Positions 20,101 through 29,705 of a stretch of 64,000 nucleotides of DNA are shown here, one piece after another (the stretch's first letter is position 1; every line of letters starts with the position of its first letter). The DNA comes from an uncultured virus (IMG/VR IMGVR_UViG_3300018050_001813) (Duplodnaviria; Heunggongvirae; Uroviricota; Caudoviricetes), in the IMG/VR virus record IMGVR_UViG_3300018050_001813, positions 1 through 64,000 of that record; one strand, 5' to 3'. The notes below the pieces were generated by a model. That model searched no databases and was not told where the DNA came from. It saw only the letters and a program-made list of their open reading frames with translations. A program made the translations under genes and the position numbers.

Positions 20101-22130
20101 GTGCAACTGGCCCACAAGGAGATGTCGGGCCCCAAGGTGCTACAGGTGCCCAGGGTGCAACCGGACCACAGGGGGCACAGGGAGCCACAGGTCCTCAGGG
20201 CGCAACAGGCGCCCAAGGTGCTACTGGCGCTCAAGGAGATGTTGGTCCACAGGGTTCCGTGGGTCCACAGGGACCACAAGGTTCTGTTGGACCTCAAGGT
20301 GAAACGGGGTCACAAGGATCTGCTGGACCCCAAGGTGCAACTGGCCCTCAAGGTTCCACCGGCCCACAGGGCGATATGGGTCCCCAAGGAAGTACTGGAC
20401 CACAGGGGCCTCAAGGCGCAACTGGACCACAAGGTCCAGAAGGACCAACTGGTTCAATCGACGATTTGTCTGATGTTGCAATCACAATGCCTTCAGGAGC
20501 ACAATTCCTTAAATATAATTCTGGAACATGGGTTAACAGTACGATTACTTTAGGTACTGATACTGATGGAAATTATGTATCAGGCGTAACTGCTGGTACA
20601 GGAATTTCAGTTAGCCATACACCATCTGAGGGATCTTCCGCATCAATATCATTATCTAATACTAGTATTTCGCTAAATGGAACATCTATTTCTTTAACTA
20701 GTGCGGGATCACAAACAGTAACAGCCGATGCGGGCACCTTAACTGGGACAACATTAAACTCAACTGTTGTTTCTTCTAGTTTAACTTCTGTTGGAACAGT
20801 TACCAGTGGAACATGGAATGGTGCAACAATAGCAGTTGCTAACGGAGGAACTGGCGCAACCGATACCGCTACAGCAAGAAGTAATCTAGGTCTTGCTATT
20901 GGAACAAATGTTCAGGCCTATGATGTAGAGCTCGCTGCGCTTGCTGGCTTAACTTCAGCGGCAGATAAATTACCATATTTTACTGGGTCTGGCACCGCCT
21001 CACTTGCTGATTTCACAAGTGCTGCTAGATCTGTGCTGGACGATGCATCTACATCTGATATGCGTACCACCTTAGGTCTTGCTATTGGCGTCGATGTACA
21101 AGCTTATAATTCCACATTAGCTGCAGTTGCTGGTGGAACCTATACTGGCGCAACATCTATTACGACACTAGGTACTGTTGTTACAGGAACTTGGAATGGC
21201 GGAACTGTAGCTATTGGTCATGGTGGAACTGGAGCTACAACAGCAGGTGATGCGCGTACTAATCTAGGTGTTGGTACAGCAGATAGTCCTTCATTCGCTG
21301 GAATAACCGCAGATGCAGTACAAGTTGGCATTACATCGGCAAACACTATTGACACAACGTCTGGTGGTCTTACGATTGATTCTGCTAGCGGCACAACAAC
21401 TGTTAGTGATAATTTAATTGTTTCAGGCGACTTAACTGTTAATGGCACTACCATTACTGTTAACTCAACTATAGTCACAGTAGATGATCCAATTATTACT
21501 CTTGGTGGCGACACAGCTCCTAGCTCAGATGATAATAAAGATAGAGGAGTTGAATTCCGTTGGCATAATGGTTCAGCGGCAAAAGTTGGATTCTTTGGCT
21601 ATGACGATTCAACTGGTAAGTTTACATTTATACCAGATGCCACGAACTCTTCTGAAGTATTCTCGGGCACCTTAGGTACGATAGATGTTGGAGCTATCCA
21701 TATCAATGGATCGCAGATAGCTGCAACAAGCTTAAGCAACGGTACTACGGGAACTGGTTCTATTGTTTTAGCAACTCAACCTACTCTTGCCACTGGAATT
21801 AATGTAACTGACGTTGCAACAACAATCAGCGCAAACAGTACGGCAACAACTATAGATACAACTGCAGTCTCGGGCACTGAGTGTGTCGAGTACACCTTAA
21901 GACTTACCCAGGGAAGTAAGCGTAGAGTTTCAAAGGTTCTTGTACACCTAAATAGCGCAGGTACTGATGTAGACCATGTTGAGTATGCGGTAATTGAGAC
22001 AGGCGGAGCAATAAGTGGCGTGAGCGTAACATCTACTGTCTCTGGTGGAGATATATTATTAAGAGCACAAGCCAGTGATGCATCATCGACAAATGTGACA
22101 GCTAAAGTTATTAAGGTAGTGATGCAGTAA
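17112..22130 (+). CDS. Collagen-like tail fibre/virion fibre with C1q-like domains
   Basis: Long G-X-Y runs (GPQ/GAT/GAQ); [11 protein letters not shown] and [15 protein letters not shown]1q-like segments; [15 protein letters not shown]-terminus; GGTGAT...ARSNLGL fibre repeats. Confidence 0.85.
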   Translation: MANTILVKNSGTITSVPSSMTHGELALNYADGKLFYKNTSNVIVGAKLITGISGTTDQITVTETSGSFAISLPSTVKLTTLFIDNIEVDTTGATSGQSLVYDGSKFAPSSITGPQGAQGSQGPQGATGSQGATGPQGAQGAQGATGPSANISATNTVVAGKLSGDQSIASNTNDVLISFVDDFDPNNWWGATTKQFTPTIAGYYNVSLHAWWTAAGVTTNQYNIQIRKNGNTSAIFQNQTVTGAGLSQGGSRVIYLNGTTDYLDFTAYNGDSSSRSLQWGGAGQGTWFSAALMTTGVGATGSQGPQGPQGDVGTQGAQGAQGATGAQGSIGPQGNTGPQGDIGPQGSTGPQGSVGPQGATGAQGATGTQGPQGAVGAQGDIGPQGSTGPQGAQGATGSQGPQGATGAQGATGPQGATGPQGSQGPVGGDGPQGDVGPQGATGPQGATGAQGPQGATGAQGTTGAQGATGAQGAQGPQGDIGPQGATGTQGATGAQGATGAQGDTGPQGSTGPQGDVGPQGAVGSQGAQGATGPQGATGPQGSTGPQGATGAQGDTGPQGATGSQGATGPQGPQGATGSQGTQGAQGSQGPQGPVGNLNSHESVKTATNAALPNSPTYTVGTADDNNGTGDGAYLQASTFGALVVDSRTVVANDRVLVKNQINQIHNGIYVVTTVGDGSTYWRLTRTSDFDNTDGTEVQNGDYVFVSLGTANTGTSWMMNSLGTNPGNSIIIGTDGMNWVNVGGAGPQGAQGPQGAGGTIAYWGSFWSNQDQTAVAANTAYAITYDNYDSNNFGVTLSNNSRINFGYAGVYSLTFSVQWANSSNQIHDANIWFKKNGSNIPDSDSRWSVVESHGGIDGRAIGTVNFVLSLNANDYIELFWQTTNTSISLDYFPAVSPAPAIPSIIFTAVQVTYTQLGPQGPQGATGSQGATGPQGATGTQGATGAQGATGAQGDTGPQGSTGAQGPIGPQGDTGPQGPQGSVGPQGATGPQGATGAQGATGPQGDVGPQGATGAQGATGPQGAQGATGPQGATGAQGATGAQGDVGPQGSVGPQGPQGSVGPQGETGSQGSAGPQGATGPQGSTGPQGDMGPQGSTGPQGPQGATGPQGPEGPTGSIDDLSDVAITMPSGAQFLKYNSGTWVNSTITLGTDTDGNYVSGVTAGTGISVSHTPSEGSSASISLSNTSISLNGTSISLTSAGSQTVTADAGTLTGTTLNSTVVSSSLTSVGTVTSGTWNGATIAVANGGTGATDTATARSNLGLAIGTNVQAYDVELAALAGLTSAADKLPYFTGSGTASLADFTSAARSVLDDASTSDMRTTLGLAIGVDVQAYNSTLAAVAGGTYTGATSITTLGTVVTGTWNGGTVAIGHGGTGATTAGDARTNLGVGTADSPSFAGITADAVQVGITSANTIDTTSGGLTIDSASGTTTVSDNLIVSGDLTVNGTTITVNSTIVTVDDPIITLGGDTAPSSDDNKDRGVEFRWHNGSAAKVGFFGYDDSTGKFTFIPDATNSSEVFSGTLGTIDVGAIHINGSQIAATSLSNGTTGTGSIVLATQPTLATGINVTDVATTISANSTATTIDTTAVSGTECVEYTLRLTQGSKRRVSKVLVHLNSAGTDVDHVEYAVIETGGAISGVSVTSTVSGGDILLRAQASDASSTNVTAKVIKVVMQ
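18003..18896 (+). repeat. Collagen G-X-Y coding repeat, block 1
   Basis: Uninterrupted 9-bp periodic GGN-NNN-CAR/ACN; ends approximate. Confidence 0.9.
19858..20455 (+). repeat. Collagen G-X-Y coding repeat, block 2
   Basis: Same periodicity; ends approximate. Confidence 0.9.
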
Positions 22131-22951
22131 TGGCTCAGTCATCGTTCAAAATTTCCGATAATCTCAATGTTGATGGCCGAATAGTGGATCTACAAGGAAC
22201 TACTACAAGTGGTCAAGTTTTAACATATTCATCCTCAACATCTACTTTTACGCCATCCTTACAAACACCGGTTGGTACAGTAGTAATGTACGGTGGTAGC
22301 ACAGTGCCAACAGGATGGCTTCTTTGTGATGGTGGGGTTTATAATATTTCTTCTTATACTTCTTTAGGTAATCTTCTGCTTTCACGATATGGTGGAAATG
22401 GGACTACTACATTTGCTGTCCCAAATTTTGTTAGCCGTATTCCAATTGCTACCACTATTGCATCAAATCCTGCCACATCTTCTACAAGCAGTTCCGATAC
22501 ATATAATCACTCCCACAGTGCCACTTACGGCACTGACGGCACTACTGTATCATTGGCTCACAGCCATAACTCCACAGCTGGACCTAGTGCGGACCATAAC
22601 CACTCCCTTAACTCTGATAAAGGAAACCATAGCCATGGGGGTAATACTTCAGGTGGGGGCGCATCCCATACTCACAACCTAGGGTATAAGATGGGAAACG
22701 TTACGCAGGCAACAGGTGCGTCAGATAGTAACCATACTCACGGATATAGTACAAATAACGCTAATCACTACCACAACAATGCGGCAAATAGTGCGAATCA
22801 TACTCATGGCTCATCAGACGCCACATCTCTTAGTCATTCTCATTCACATAACAGTGTCACATTAGTGACAGCAAATCAAACTACGAGCATAGGTAGCCAT
22901 AGTCACTCTACATTCACTATTATGCGGACACTTTTTATCATAAAGACGTGA
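22130..22951 (+). CDS. Phage tail-collar domain protein with His-rich (HxH) tip
   Basis: PVGTVVMYGGSTVPTGWLLCDG...YGGNGTTTFAVPN; many HxH; C-terminal FIIKT. Confidence 0.85.
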   Translation: MAQSSFKISDNLNVDGRIVDLQGTTTSGQVLTYSSSTSTFTPSLQTPVGTVVMYGGSTVPTGWLLCDGGVYNISSYTSLGNLLLSRYGGNGTTTFAVPNFVSRIPIATTIASNPATSSTSSSDTYNHSHSATYGTDGTTVSLAHSHNSTAGPSADHNHSLNSDKGNHSHGGNTSGGGASHTHNLGYKMGNVTQATGASDSNHTHGYSTNNANHYHNNAANSANHTHGSSDATSLSHSHSHNSVTLVTANQTTSIGSHSHSTFTIMRTLFIIKT

Positions 22952-22957
22952 TACACA

Positions 22958-23806
22958 ATGACATCTTCTAATTTTATTATTCCAACAACATTGACAACTG
23001 CGGGTGTTCTTGTCGATCCAAGTAGTGTTGTGGATGGTGCAGCTCTTATGTACAAAACAGCCAGTGGAGCTTTTGTGGCAACAGAACGCGCTGTGCCAGT
23101 TGGCACTATTAGAATGTATGTAAGCGCAAGTACTCCAACTAATTATATTATATGCAATGGGCAGTCATTAAATACCTATACCTATAGAACCCTTCACGCT
23201 GTAATTTCAAACAAATATGGCGGAACTGCTTATTCGGCAGGGACTACTGACCAGTCAGGCGCTGTCACGACGTTTAATCTTCCAAACTTGATAAATACCG
23301 TATTGCCATATGCTAGCAACGCAAACACTTCTCTGGCAACATCAATGAGCATAGGATCAACTTCAATTAACATTGACCATAGCCACTCATTTCCAATAAC
23401 TTTGACGTCTGGCTCAGGGGCTACTTCGCATAACCATACGTCAACCGCTGGCAACTCTGCTAATCATACACATACTTGGTCGGATGCGACTCAGACCGGT
23501 GGTGGCCACACTCACAATATTCAGGGAACCTCAACTTCACACGACCACGTATTCGCAAGAAGTAATGCAGGTGGAAATGACACTACCGGCAACGCCTCTG
23601 CTAATCACAGCCACGGTATAACAGCTCCAGGCTCAAATCATAACCATAATGCAAACTCTGGTGATGGTCATGGACATTCAACAAGTAATGATGGTGGCAA
23701 TCATTCTTCGCACAACTATCAAATGACAAGCAATGCTGCGACACTTTCCCATTCTCATGTCAGTAACTCTGTTACTGGAATTTGGTTTTACATAAGGTAT
23801 CAGTAA
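22958..23806 (+). CDS. Phage tail-collar domain protein with His-rich tip
   Basis: PVGTIRMY...YIICNGQ...TFNLPNL; HxH repeats; FYIRY. Confidence 0.85.
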   Translation: MTSSNFIIPTTLTTAGVLVDPSSVVDGAALMYKTASGAFVATERAVPVGTIRMYVSASTPTNYIICNGQSLNTYTYRTLHAVISNKYGGTAYSAGTTDQSGAVTTFNLPNLINTVLPYASNANTSLATSMSIGSTSINIDHSHSFPITLTSGSGATSHNHTSTAGNSANHTHTWSDATQTGGGHTHNIQGTSTSHDHVFARSNAGGNDTTGNASANHSHGITAPGSNHNHNANSGDGHGHSTSNDGGNHSSHNYQMTSNAATLSHSHVSNSVTGIWFYIRYQ

Positions 23807-24618
23807 TGGCTGAATCAACATTCAATACACCTTCTACACTAAATATTGACTCAATTGAGGTAGATATTTCTTCCCCCGTAGATAGCCAAGTAATTGTTTA
23901 TAACGGGACAAAGTTCGTATCCACATATCATGTACCTGTTGGCACTATAGAGATGTGGGGCGGACTATCGACTAATGTCCCATATGGTTGGCTTCTTTGT
24001 GATGGTCAGCAAGTATCATCATCATCTCCTCTTGGTTCAGTACTTGGTACTAGATATAATACTGGTGGCGAAACGGGAGGTAATGTTCGAGTGCCAAATA
24101 TGTCTGCCGTTATACCGATGGGTATAACTAGTGGGGCAAATGCAGGAACATCAAATTTCAGCTATGCAGATGCAAACGTAGCTCACACTCACGCGAGCTT
24201 TACATCAAGCACTGCCAATACAAACTCAGATGGAACAAACCATGCACATAACTATGCAGATGGTGGTTCACACAACCATTCAACCAGTTCTGCAGACTTT
24301 GGCCATACCCACAATACAGGCAGTCCATCAAATACGCATACTCACAATACACAAGGCGCAAATGCGGCGTTTGCAAATACTGGTTTTACCGCTCACCTAG
24401 CCGTGAACCACGGTAACACGAACTCAGACAGCGGTTTGCACTCACACGCTACTGGAAACCAAAATGCTAATCATAGTCATAACGTTTCTGGTAATAGCAA
24501 TTCGACTTCGCACACTCACACCTGGCCAGCAAATGCGACGAGTCAAACAACTTCAGGTGCTGGCTCGCATAACCACACTGTTACAGTTGTATCTATATGT
24601 TTTATAATTAAGTCATAG
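23806..24618 (+). CDS. Phage tail-collar domain protein with His-rich tip
   Basis: PVGTIEMWGG...GWLLCDGQ...VPNM; HxH repeats; FIIKS; likely start ATG 23806. Confidence 0.85.
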   Translation: MAESTFNTPSTLNIDSIEVDISSPVDSQVIVYNGTKFVSTYHVPVGTIEMWGGLSTNVPYGWLLCDGQQVSSSSPLGSVLGTRYNTGGETGGNVRVPNMSAVIPMGITSGANAGTSNFSYADANVAHTHASFTSSTANTNSDGTNHAHNYADGGSHNHSTSSADFGHTHNTGSPSNTHTHNTQGANAAFANTGFTAHLAVNHGNTNSDSGLHSHATGNQNANHSHNVSGNSNSTSHTHTWPANATSQTTSGAGSHNHTVTVVSICFIIKS

Positions 24619-24626
24619 GAGTAATT

Positions 24627-25343
24627 ATGTTAGAATTTCACCCAATGCATGAGTACGGTATCGGATATTACTTTCGAGAAATAGGAATAACGGATCAAAA
24701 GGGTTTCTTTGCCTTCGTACGAGCAATTAAAAACTTTAGGTTTGAAGCAGAGCACGATGCGCAAAAGAACGTTGATTTCAACCGATGCGACAACTCAGCT
24801 CCAAGAGACCTAGTTCTACCAAGCGGTTTTCATGAATGGAACTATGATACTGAAAGATGTTCATGTGGCTCTTCTGAAAAGCCAATCGGGACCACTAACT
24901 CTCACCGTGTGTTTCTAACCTCATGTAGAGTCTTCCGTATCCCCGTGCAAACATACGGAGGTTTCATCACATATTTAGAGTATAATGAAACAGATAAAGA
25001 AGCTGATGACATGCTGACTTTTGAATGTAGTGGGAGAACGTTGCAGGAGGTCTTTCGGTGCATACTAGAGTGGCAGTGGGTTCATCTTAACATGGGAAAC
25101 AATGAACTTGTGGCCGTCGCAGCGAACGATTTTATTAATACCATAAACCCGCCCGATGAGATTATCGACTGGTTGTGGTCGGAAGTGCCGGATCAGCATG
25201 TTGCAAAATATTTACGCGGTATTCCAAATCCTCGTAATAGAAATCCAATAGAATCAACTCCTGATATGACTACTAGATTTAATCTATGGATTGAAGAGCA
25301 CATGGTCCATTCTGCGCCTATTTGGCCATACGGGCCGAGGTGA
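24627..25343 (+). CDS. Hypothetical protein (paralog of the next gene)
   Basis: Shares RCD, LEW and HVxxYLRG motifs with 25347-26252. Confidence 0.65.
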   Translation: MLEFHPMHEYGIGYYFREIGITDQKGFFAFVRAIKNFRFEAEHDAQKNVDFNRCDNSAPRDLVLPSGFHEWNYDTERCSCGSSEKPIGTTNSHRVFLTSCRVFRIPVQTYGGFITYLEYNETDKEADDMLTFECSGRTLQEVFRCILEWQWVHLNMGNNELVAVAANDFINTINPPDEIIDWLWSEVPDQHVAKYLRGIPNPRNRNPIESTPDMTTRFNLWIEEHMVHSAPIWPYGPR

Positions 25344-25346
25344 GTT

Positions 25347-26252
25347 ATGGAAATTTCTCACTATAACTATGTGTATGCGGTCGTTCATGACTTGTCTACG
25401 GTTCGTTCAAATGAGTTTACGAAAGTTGAATATGATGAATTAACCTTGGTCAATACAGCGGGCAACAGACTGATTCCAAGAGATATGTATGGTGTTTTCA
25501 TAGATGAACGAGGCAATATATTTTTGGGAATTACCGATATTCTAAAGACATATAATATGATATTAAATTATCAAAGCACTGAATACTATATCAACTATGT
25601 TCACTATCAAGAGGTAAGTCATCTTCTAGAATGGGAACCACAGACGGTTAACGGATTCTTTAAATTTATGGATTCAAAACCCGCCGGTAGACTTAATTCC
25701 GATAGGTGTGATGCTGCGAGGAATGGCCCCTCTGTGTTCATAAGAGATGGTCAAGTGCCAATCGGTACAGCTGTCAATAGTCTTCGCCCAATGTCCCTTG
25801 ATGATCTTGAAGTTTATTTTTCTTTACTTTCCGTTGATGGTATAGCTCATCTAATTTACGTGAAATATTTTGAAGGTCAAAACGATTCAAATGAAGAATT
25901 TGAGACAAATGAAAGTGATCTTCCAACGGCATCTAGAAGTATATTTCCTTTACTTAAGCTTCTTCTTGAGTGGGAATCTATGACAAATGACCCTTGGAAT
26001 TCAACTGAAGAAGTTGCAGTAGCATGTAAAATATTCTTTCAAAAACTTGGCATAACGGAACAAATAAGAAATGAAATAAACTCAAATAATGGACCAATGC
26101 ATGTTTATAGGTATCTTCGTGGCGATACAGATGCTAGAATGCAACCAGCAGTTTCTGAACTTGGCGCTATGACTAGTCTAACAAAAATATGGCTGAAAAC
26201 GAAGATGCTCTATCCAAACATAACAACCTTTTATCGGGCAATTTCAAACTAA
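25347..26252 (+). CDS. Hypothetical protein (paralog of the previous gene)
   Basis: RCD...LLEWES...EEVAVA...HVYRYLRG. Confidence 0.65.
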   Translation: MEISHYNYVYAVVHDLSTVRSNEFTKVEYDELTLVNTAGNRLIPRDMYGVFIDERGNIFLGITDILKTYNMILNYQSTEYYINYVHYQEVSHLLEWEPQTVNGFFKFMDSKPAGRLNSDRCDAARNGPSVFIRDGQVPIGTAVNSLRPMSLDDLEVYFSLLSVDGIAHLIYVKYFEGQNDSNEEFETNESDLPTASRSIFPLLKLLLEWESMTNDPWNSTEEVAVACKIFFQKLGITEQIRNEINSNNGPMHVYRYLRGDTDARMQPAVSELGAMTSLTKIWLKTKMLYPNITTFYRAISN

Positions 26253-26259
26253 AAAATAT

Positions 26260-26916
26260 ATGGAGATAGAACAAATGAACATTCATGATTATGGGAATGG
26301 TATCATTTTTTATGACAATGGACTTAGTGATCAATTGTGCGATACTATTTGGTCATTTTACTACGATAATTTAGAATTTACTAAGCCGGGTGTCACAATC
26401 TCCGGAAAGCCACTAACTCCTTCTGGTGAGCGTTGGAAAAATACAATAGATCAAGAAGGTTACTGGAATGACCCGGGAATTGACTTGTCTATTAAGGCCG
26501 AACGCTCTAGAATTGATGAGTTAATATATCAAGAACTTCGTCCTGTGGTGTCAGCATATCTAGATTCTTTTAAATATCTTGGAGAAGCGCCTGGTGTTAA
26601 TGATACAGGCTATCTATGGCAGATGTATGTAAAAGGCGATGGTTATTATCGCGAACATGTTGACGGACAGCAGTGGGTTTATCGAGTGCACCGTAGAATT
26701 TGTGGCATCGTTTGTTATGTTAATACAGTTGAAGATGGCGGAGAAACATACTTTGCCTATCAAGATTTAAAGATTAAACCAAAAAAAGGTGGAGTCGTTA
26801 TTTTTCCGGCGCACTGGATGTATCCACATGAGTCACTTGTTCCTGAATCATCAGACAAATTAATTCTAAGTTCTTTCCTAGAATGTGAACCAGAGTTTCA
26901 TGCACACCCGAATTGA
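26260..26916 (+). CDS. 2OG-Fe(II) oxygenase, prolyl-4-hydroxylase-like
   Basis: YYREHVD...YVNTVEDGGET.F...KPKKG..VIFP...YPHES...K. Confidence 0.88.
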   Translation: MEIEQMNIHDYGNGIIFYDNGLSDQLCDTIWSFYYDNLEFTKPGVTISGKPLTPSGERWKNTIDQEGYWNDPGIDLSIKAERSRIDELIYQELRPVVSAYLDSFKYLGEAPGVNDTGYLWQMYVKGDGYYREHVDGQQWVYRVHRRICGIVCYVNTVEDGGETYFAYQDLKIKPKKGGVVIFPAHWMYPHESLVPESSDKLILSSFLECEPEFHAHPN

Positions 26917-26992
26917 TTTTCAAAATTAAAAAAAACACCCAAAATGAATTTGGGCTTCAAAATTTTTTTCTGATTTTACCCTATATAGGGCT

Positions 26993-27319
26993 TTAGTCCA
27001 TGGGTGGTCTGCGCACCTGCAAAGAGCCACTACGACCACCTAGTCCAAAAAGACCTTTTCTTGTGTCTGTTTTAAGGAAGTTTGGATTATCATAAGTTGT
27101 AGTAGAACCAAACATTCCGCCACGACCACGTGGACTTCTGGTAACCATTGTACTAGGGCTCATTGGGGCTCTTGGCATTCTCCTGGCCTGACCAGCGGTT
27201 TGGCCCATGAAATCGTTAATAGCCCTTCCTCCGCCACCACCGGGCGACATAACATCTTGAAATGCTCCCATCATTCTCATTCCAGCTCTTGACAATCTAC
27301 TATTTCCAAAACCAGGCAT
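26993..27319 (-). CDS. Gly/Met/Arg-rich low-complexity protein
   Basis: AAGGAG RBS; upstream TTACTAT motif. Confidence 0.6.
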   Translation of the reverse strand: MPGFGNSRLSRAGMRMMGAFQDVMSPGGGGGRAINDFMGQTAGQARRMPRAPMSPSTMVTRSPRGRGGMFGSTTTYDNPNFLKTDTRKGLFGLGGRSGSLQVRRPPMD

Positions 27320-27335
27320 TTCTTGTTCTCCTTGA

Positions 27336-27680
27336 CTAATACTTGTTCATAATATAATCTATAGTAACGATATTTCCGTCAGTAAACTTTGCTATAAAGT
27401 CTATAATATGAATAGTATCGTCATTTTTATATGTTGTATAGAAATTGAGAAATCCGTGAAAATCCACATCTTTATATGGAGACAACTCCATGCTGCGCTT
27501 ATCTGACCAGCTAAGTTCTCTGTATAAAAGTCTTCCTGAAGTAGATATTAAGTAACTGTCCATCATACAATGCAGATCTTTGCTCTGGAATTCGTGCCCG
27601 GGCGAAAATGACAACTCCTGGTCATCTACAATGATTTTGGGAAGATCATATTGTACATATATTGAATCAAACATTCCCAT
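27336..27680 (-). CDS. Conserved phage hypothetical protein
   Basis: MGMFD...FQSKDLHC...FHG...AKFTDG pattern. Confidence 0.7.
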   Translation of the reverse strand: MGMFDSIYVQYDLPKIIVDDQELSFSPGHEFQSKDLHCMMDSYLISTSGRLLYRELSWSDKRSMELSPYKDVDFHGFLNFYTTYKNDDTIHIIDFIAKFTDGNIVTIDYIMNKY

Positions 27681-28011
27681 TTGGGGCCCCGATCTTAGGT
27701 CTATTTTTTTTTAATAATTAATAATTAGACTTATCTTTTTTGTATGTATAATAAAGAAATTAATTTTTTCCAAAGAAAAAGGAAGAAATAAAAATAAGAC
27801 TTGTAGCTAGTAATAGGCCAGTAATAAAGTCAATCATTTTTGTCTATTTTCTGTTGATTTTCAATTTCTTTTCTGAACACAGAAGCTAAAGTTTTTATAA
27901 GTATAGTTGAGGAAAAAAGAATAGCTAAGAAAGTTAAAGTCATGCTAAATATATTGGGGGCTTGTTGAGCTATCATAATACCATCCTTTATATAAAGATA
28001 GTAATATTATA

Positions 28012-28278
28012 TCATAAATACAGAGTATGAGTTTGATGAGCTATTGTTTCTTCGTCATCAATCATATTAAATTTATCAATACCAGGTATAATTCCCAAAC
28101 GATGACCGTCATCCCAGTCAACATGAAGTGTGTCAAAATCGTCTATAAACGCTATGGTCCCAGTGGCACCTGATTCTATATCGGTGTAAGGATCCTCAAT
28201 TTTAATTGCCCGAATTCTCTGGCCAATCTTGTAATTCTTTGAACGCTTCATTTTCTTTGGAAACAGCTTTCGCATCAT
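28012..28278 (-). CDS. DUF4314-like protein
   Basis: G.RI.....DPY....GATGTI..IDD..TLHVDWDDG..LGIIPG.D; start uncertain. Confidence 0.7.
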   Translation of the reverse strand: MMRKLFPKKMKRSKNYKIGQRIRAIKIEDPYTDIESGATGTIAFIDDFDTLHVDWDDGHRLGIIPGIDKFNMIDDEETIAHQTHTLYL

Positions 28279-28408
28279 GGTTAATATATTCTATACCGGT
28301 AATGTGGTCTGGATAAGCTGTCGCATACAAGGACATCGTTGTAGCCTCCCCCTCGGAGTCCGCTTCTACAACGAGTGTCCTTGTAATACGAACAATATAT
28401 TTAGCCAT
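28202..28408 (-). CDS. Hypothetical protein
   Basis: ORF with RBS and upstream TTACTAT motif. Confidence 0.6.
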   Translation of the reverse strand: MAKYIVRITRTLVVEADSEGEATTMSLYATAYPDHITGIEYINHDAKAVSKENEAFKELQDWPENSGN

Positions 28409-28462
28409 AAATATCTTCCCTAAATTAGAGATTCAAGAAAGATAGTAACGGCAAATACATAA

Positions 28463-28810
28463 TCAGCCAAGCATGACCCAAAGATCAAACATCTTTGTTG
28501 TCTCGTTGTAAAGAGAAGATGATGAAATGGTCAAGTTGTCTTTTTTGGCGCGCGTATACAAAGATACACGAAGCGAAGCAAGCTGCTGCTTTGAGGTAAT
28601 CGGAATGTTCACATGGAACCATTCGTTACGATTGGTGATCAGCTCACTGTAAATGGTGCTGATAACAGGGTTGCGACGACGACCCTTACCACTGTTCATG
28701 GGGGGCTCACCTTTAATCCTGGTGAGGAGCTTTGTGGGCTCTGAGATTCCAAACTTACGGGGGTTTGACTCTATTTGAGTCTCAACACTGGGCTGAATAG
28801 CCATGTTCAT
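28463..28810 (-). CDS. Hypothetical protein
   Basis: AAGGAG RBS; 115-aa ORF. Confidence 0.65.
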   Translation of the reverse strand: MNMAIQPSVETQIESNPRKFGISEPTKLLTRIKGEPPMNSGKGRRRNPVISTIYSELITNRNEWFHVNIPITSKQQLASLRVSLYTRAKKDNLTISSSSLYNETTKMFDLWVMLG

Positions 28811-29039
28811 TTCTCCTTGTTAAGGGGTTTGTCCATATGTTTTATTGCACTATAAGTTGTTAATTATAATTTACTAACTTGGGCAAGCAATTGTTTTAAA
28901 AGCCCTTTGATTTCTTTAAGCTCCTCAACTACATCTGAAAGTAAGTCAGATTGATTTTGGGAAGCCATTTCTTGAGAGCGATGACGCAACTCTTCATTTG
29001 CAGTTTTGGCATTTTCTCTGCCAATGTCTCTCCATGTTT

Positions 29040-29705
29040 TCATAAAATGTCCTTTTGTTGAGAGTTTCTTCTTTTCCATTCTTGAAGACTAATTACAAGT
29101 GGTTTTTCGATATAATAATCGTCTTCGGGAAAGTAATAACCATGTTTAATAATTACTGCAGGAGTACCTTGTGGATGATCAGAGTCATGACAAGCGTGAT
29201 CTACTGAGACTTGTTCGCCAAATTGTCCGGCTGATTTAATACCTAATCTTTTCAAACCATGATCATAAAAAGTAATGTGCTCACGATAGATATCTTCAAA
29301 GAGATCACCTTTGCCAGGGTTGTCTTTGATTATCTCCAAGCCCATCTCTAAATTCTGATGCTGCTTAATGATAAAACGAATAACATCCCAACGAGCAACT
29401 CTGCATTCTGACTCAATATTTCGTCGTTCTCTTATAACTAAATCAATAACAGCATTCTTTAATTTTTGTATCTGCTGCTCTTGATTTTTTATTTGATCAT
29501 TTGTAGAATCTAAAGCTTCAGATAAAAAAATATTTCGTTCTATAATTTCAGCGGTGTTGTTTGAGATAGCTGTAGTTGGATATTTTGGAAAAACCATTGC
29601 TTGGGCATCTTTTACACAAGAATCATTTGTGCAATAGCGATAAAGACGCTCTGGGTGAATATTGGGTTTACCACAGTAAACACAAGTAAGATATGTTTCA
29701 GTCAT
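29040..29705 (-). CDS. Protein with N-terminal Cys motif, coiled coil and GrpE-like C-terminus
   Basis: CVYC...C...C; LGIKSAGQFGEQV...H...GTPAVIIKHGY...IEKPLV resembles the GrpE head domain. Confidence 0.45.
   Translation of the reverse strand: MTETYLTCVYCGKPNIHPERLYRYCTNDSCVKDAQAMVFPKYPTTAISNNTAEIIERNIFLSEALDSTNDQIKNQEQQIQKLKNAVIDLVIRERRNIESECRVARWDVIRFIIKQHQNLEMGLEIIKDNPGKGDLFEDIYREHITFYDHGLKRLGIKSAGQFGEQVSVDHACHDSDHPQGTPAVIIKHGYYFPEDDYYIEKPLVISLQEWKRRNSQQKDIL

Noticed and set aside
17458..21675. Many alternative-frame and antisense ORFs over the fibre gene
   Set aside because: Shadows of the stop-poor G-X-Y repeat coding sequence
22130..24618. Diversity-generating retroelement acting on fibre tips
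   Set aside because: No reverse transcriptase and no near-identical TR/VR pair differing at adenines was seen; the three genes are old, diverged paralogs
26260..26916. Classical collagen prolyl-4-hydroxylation of the fibre
   Set aside because: Collagen prolines here are in the X position (GPQ), not the Y position used by animal-type P4H; the substrate is left open
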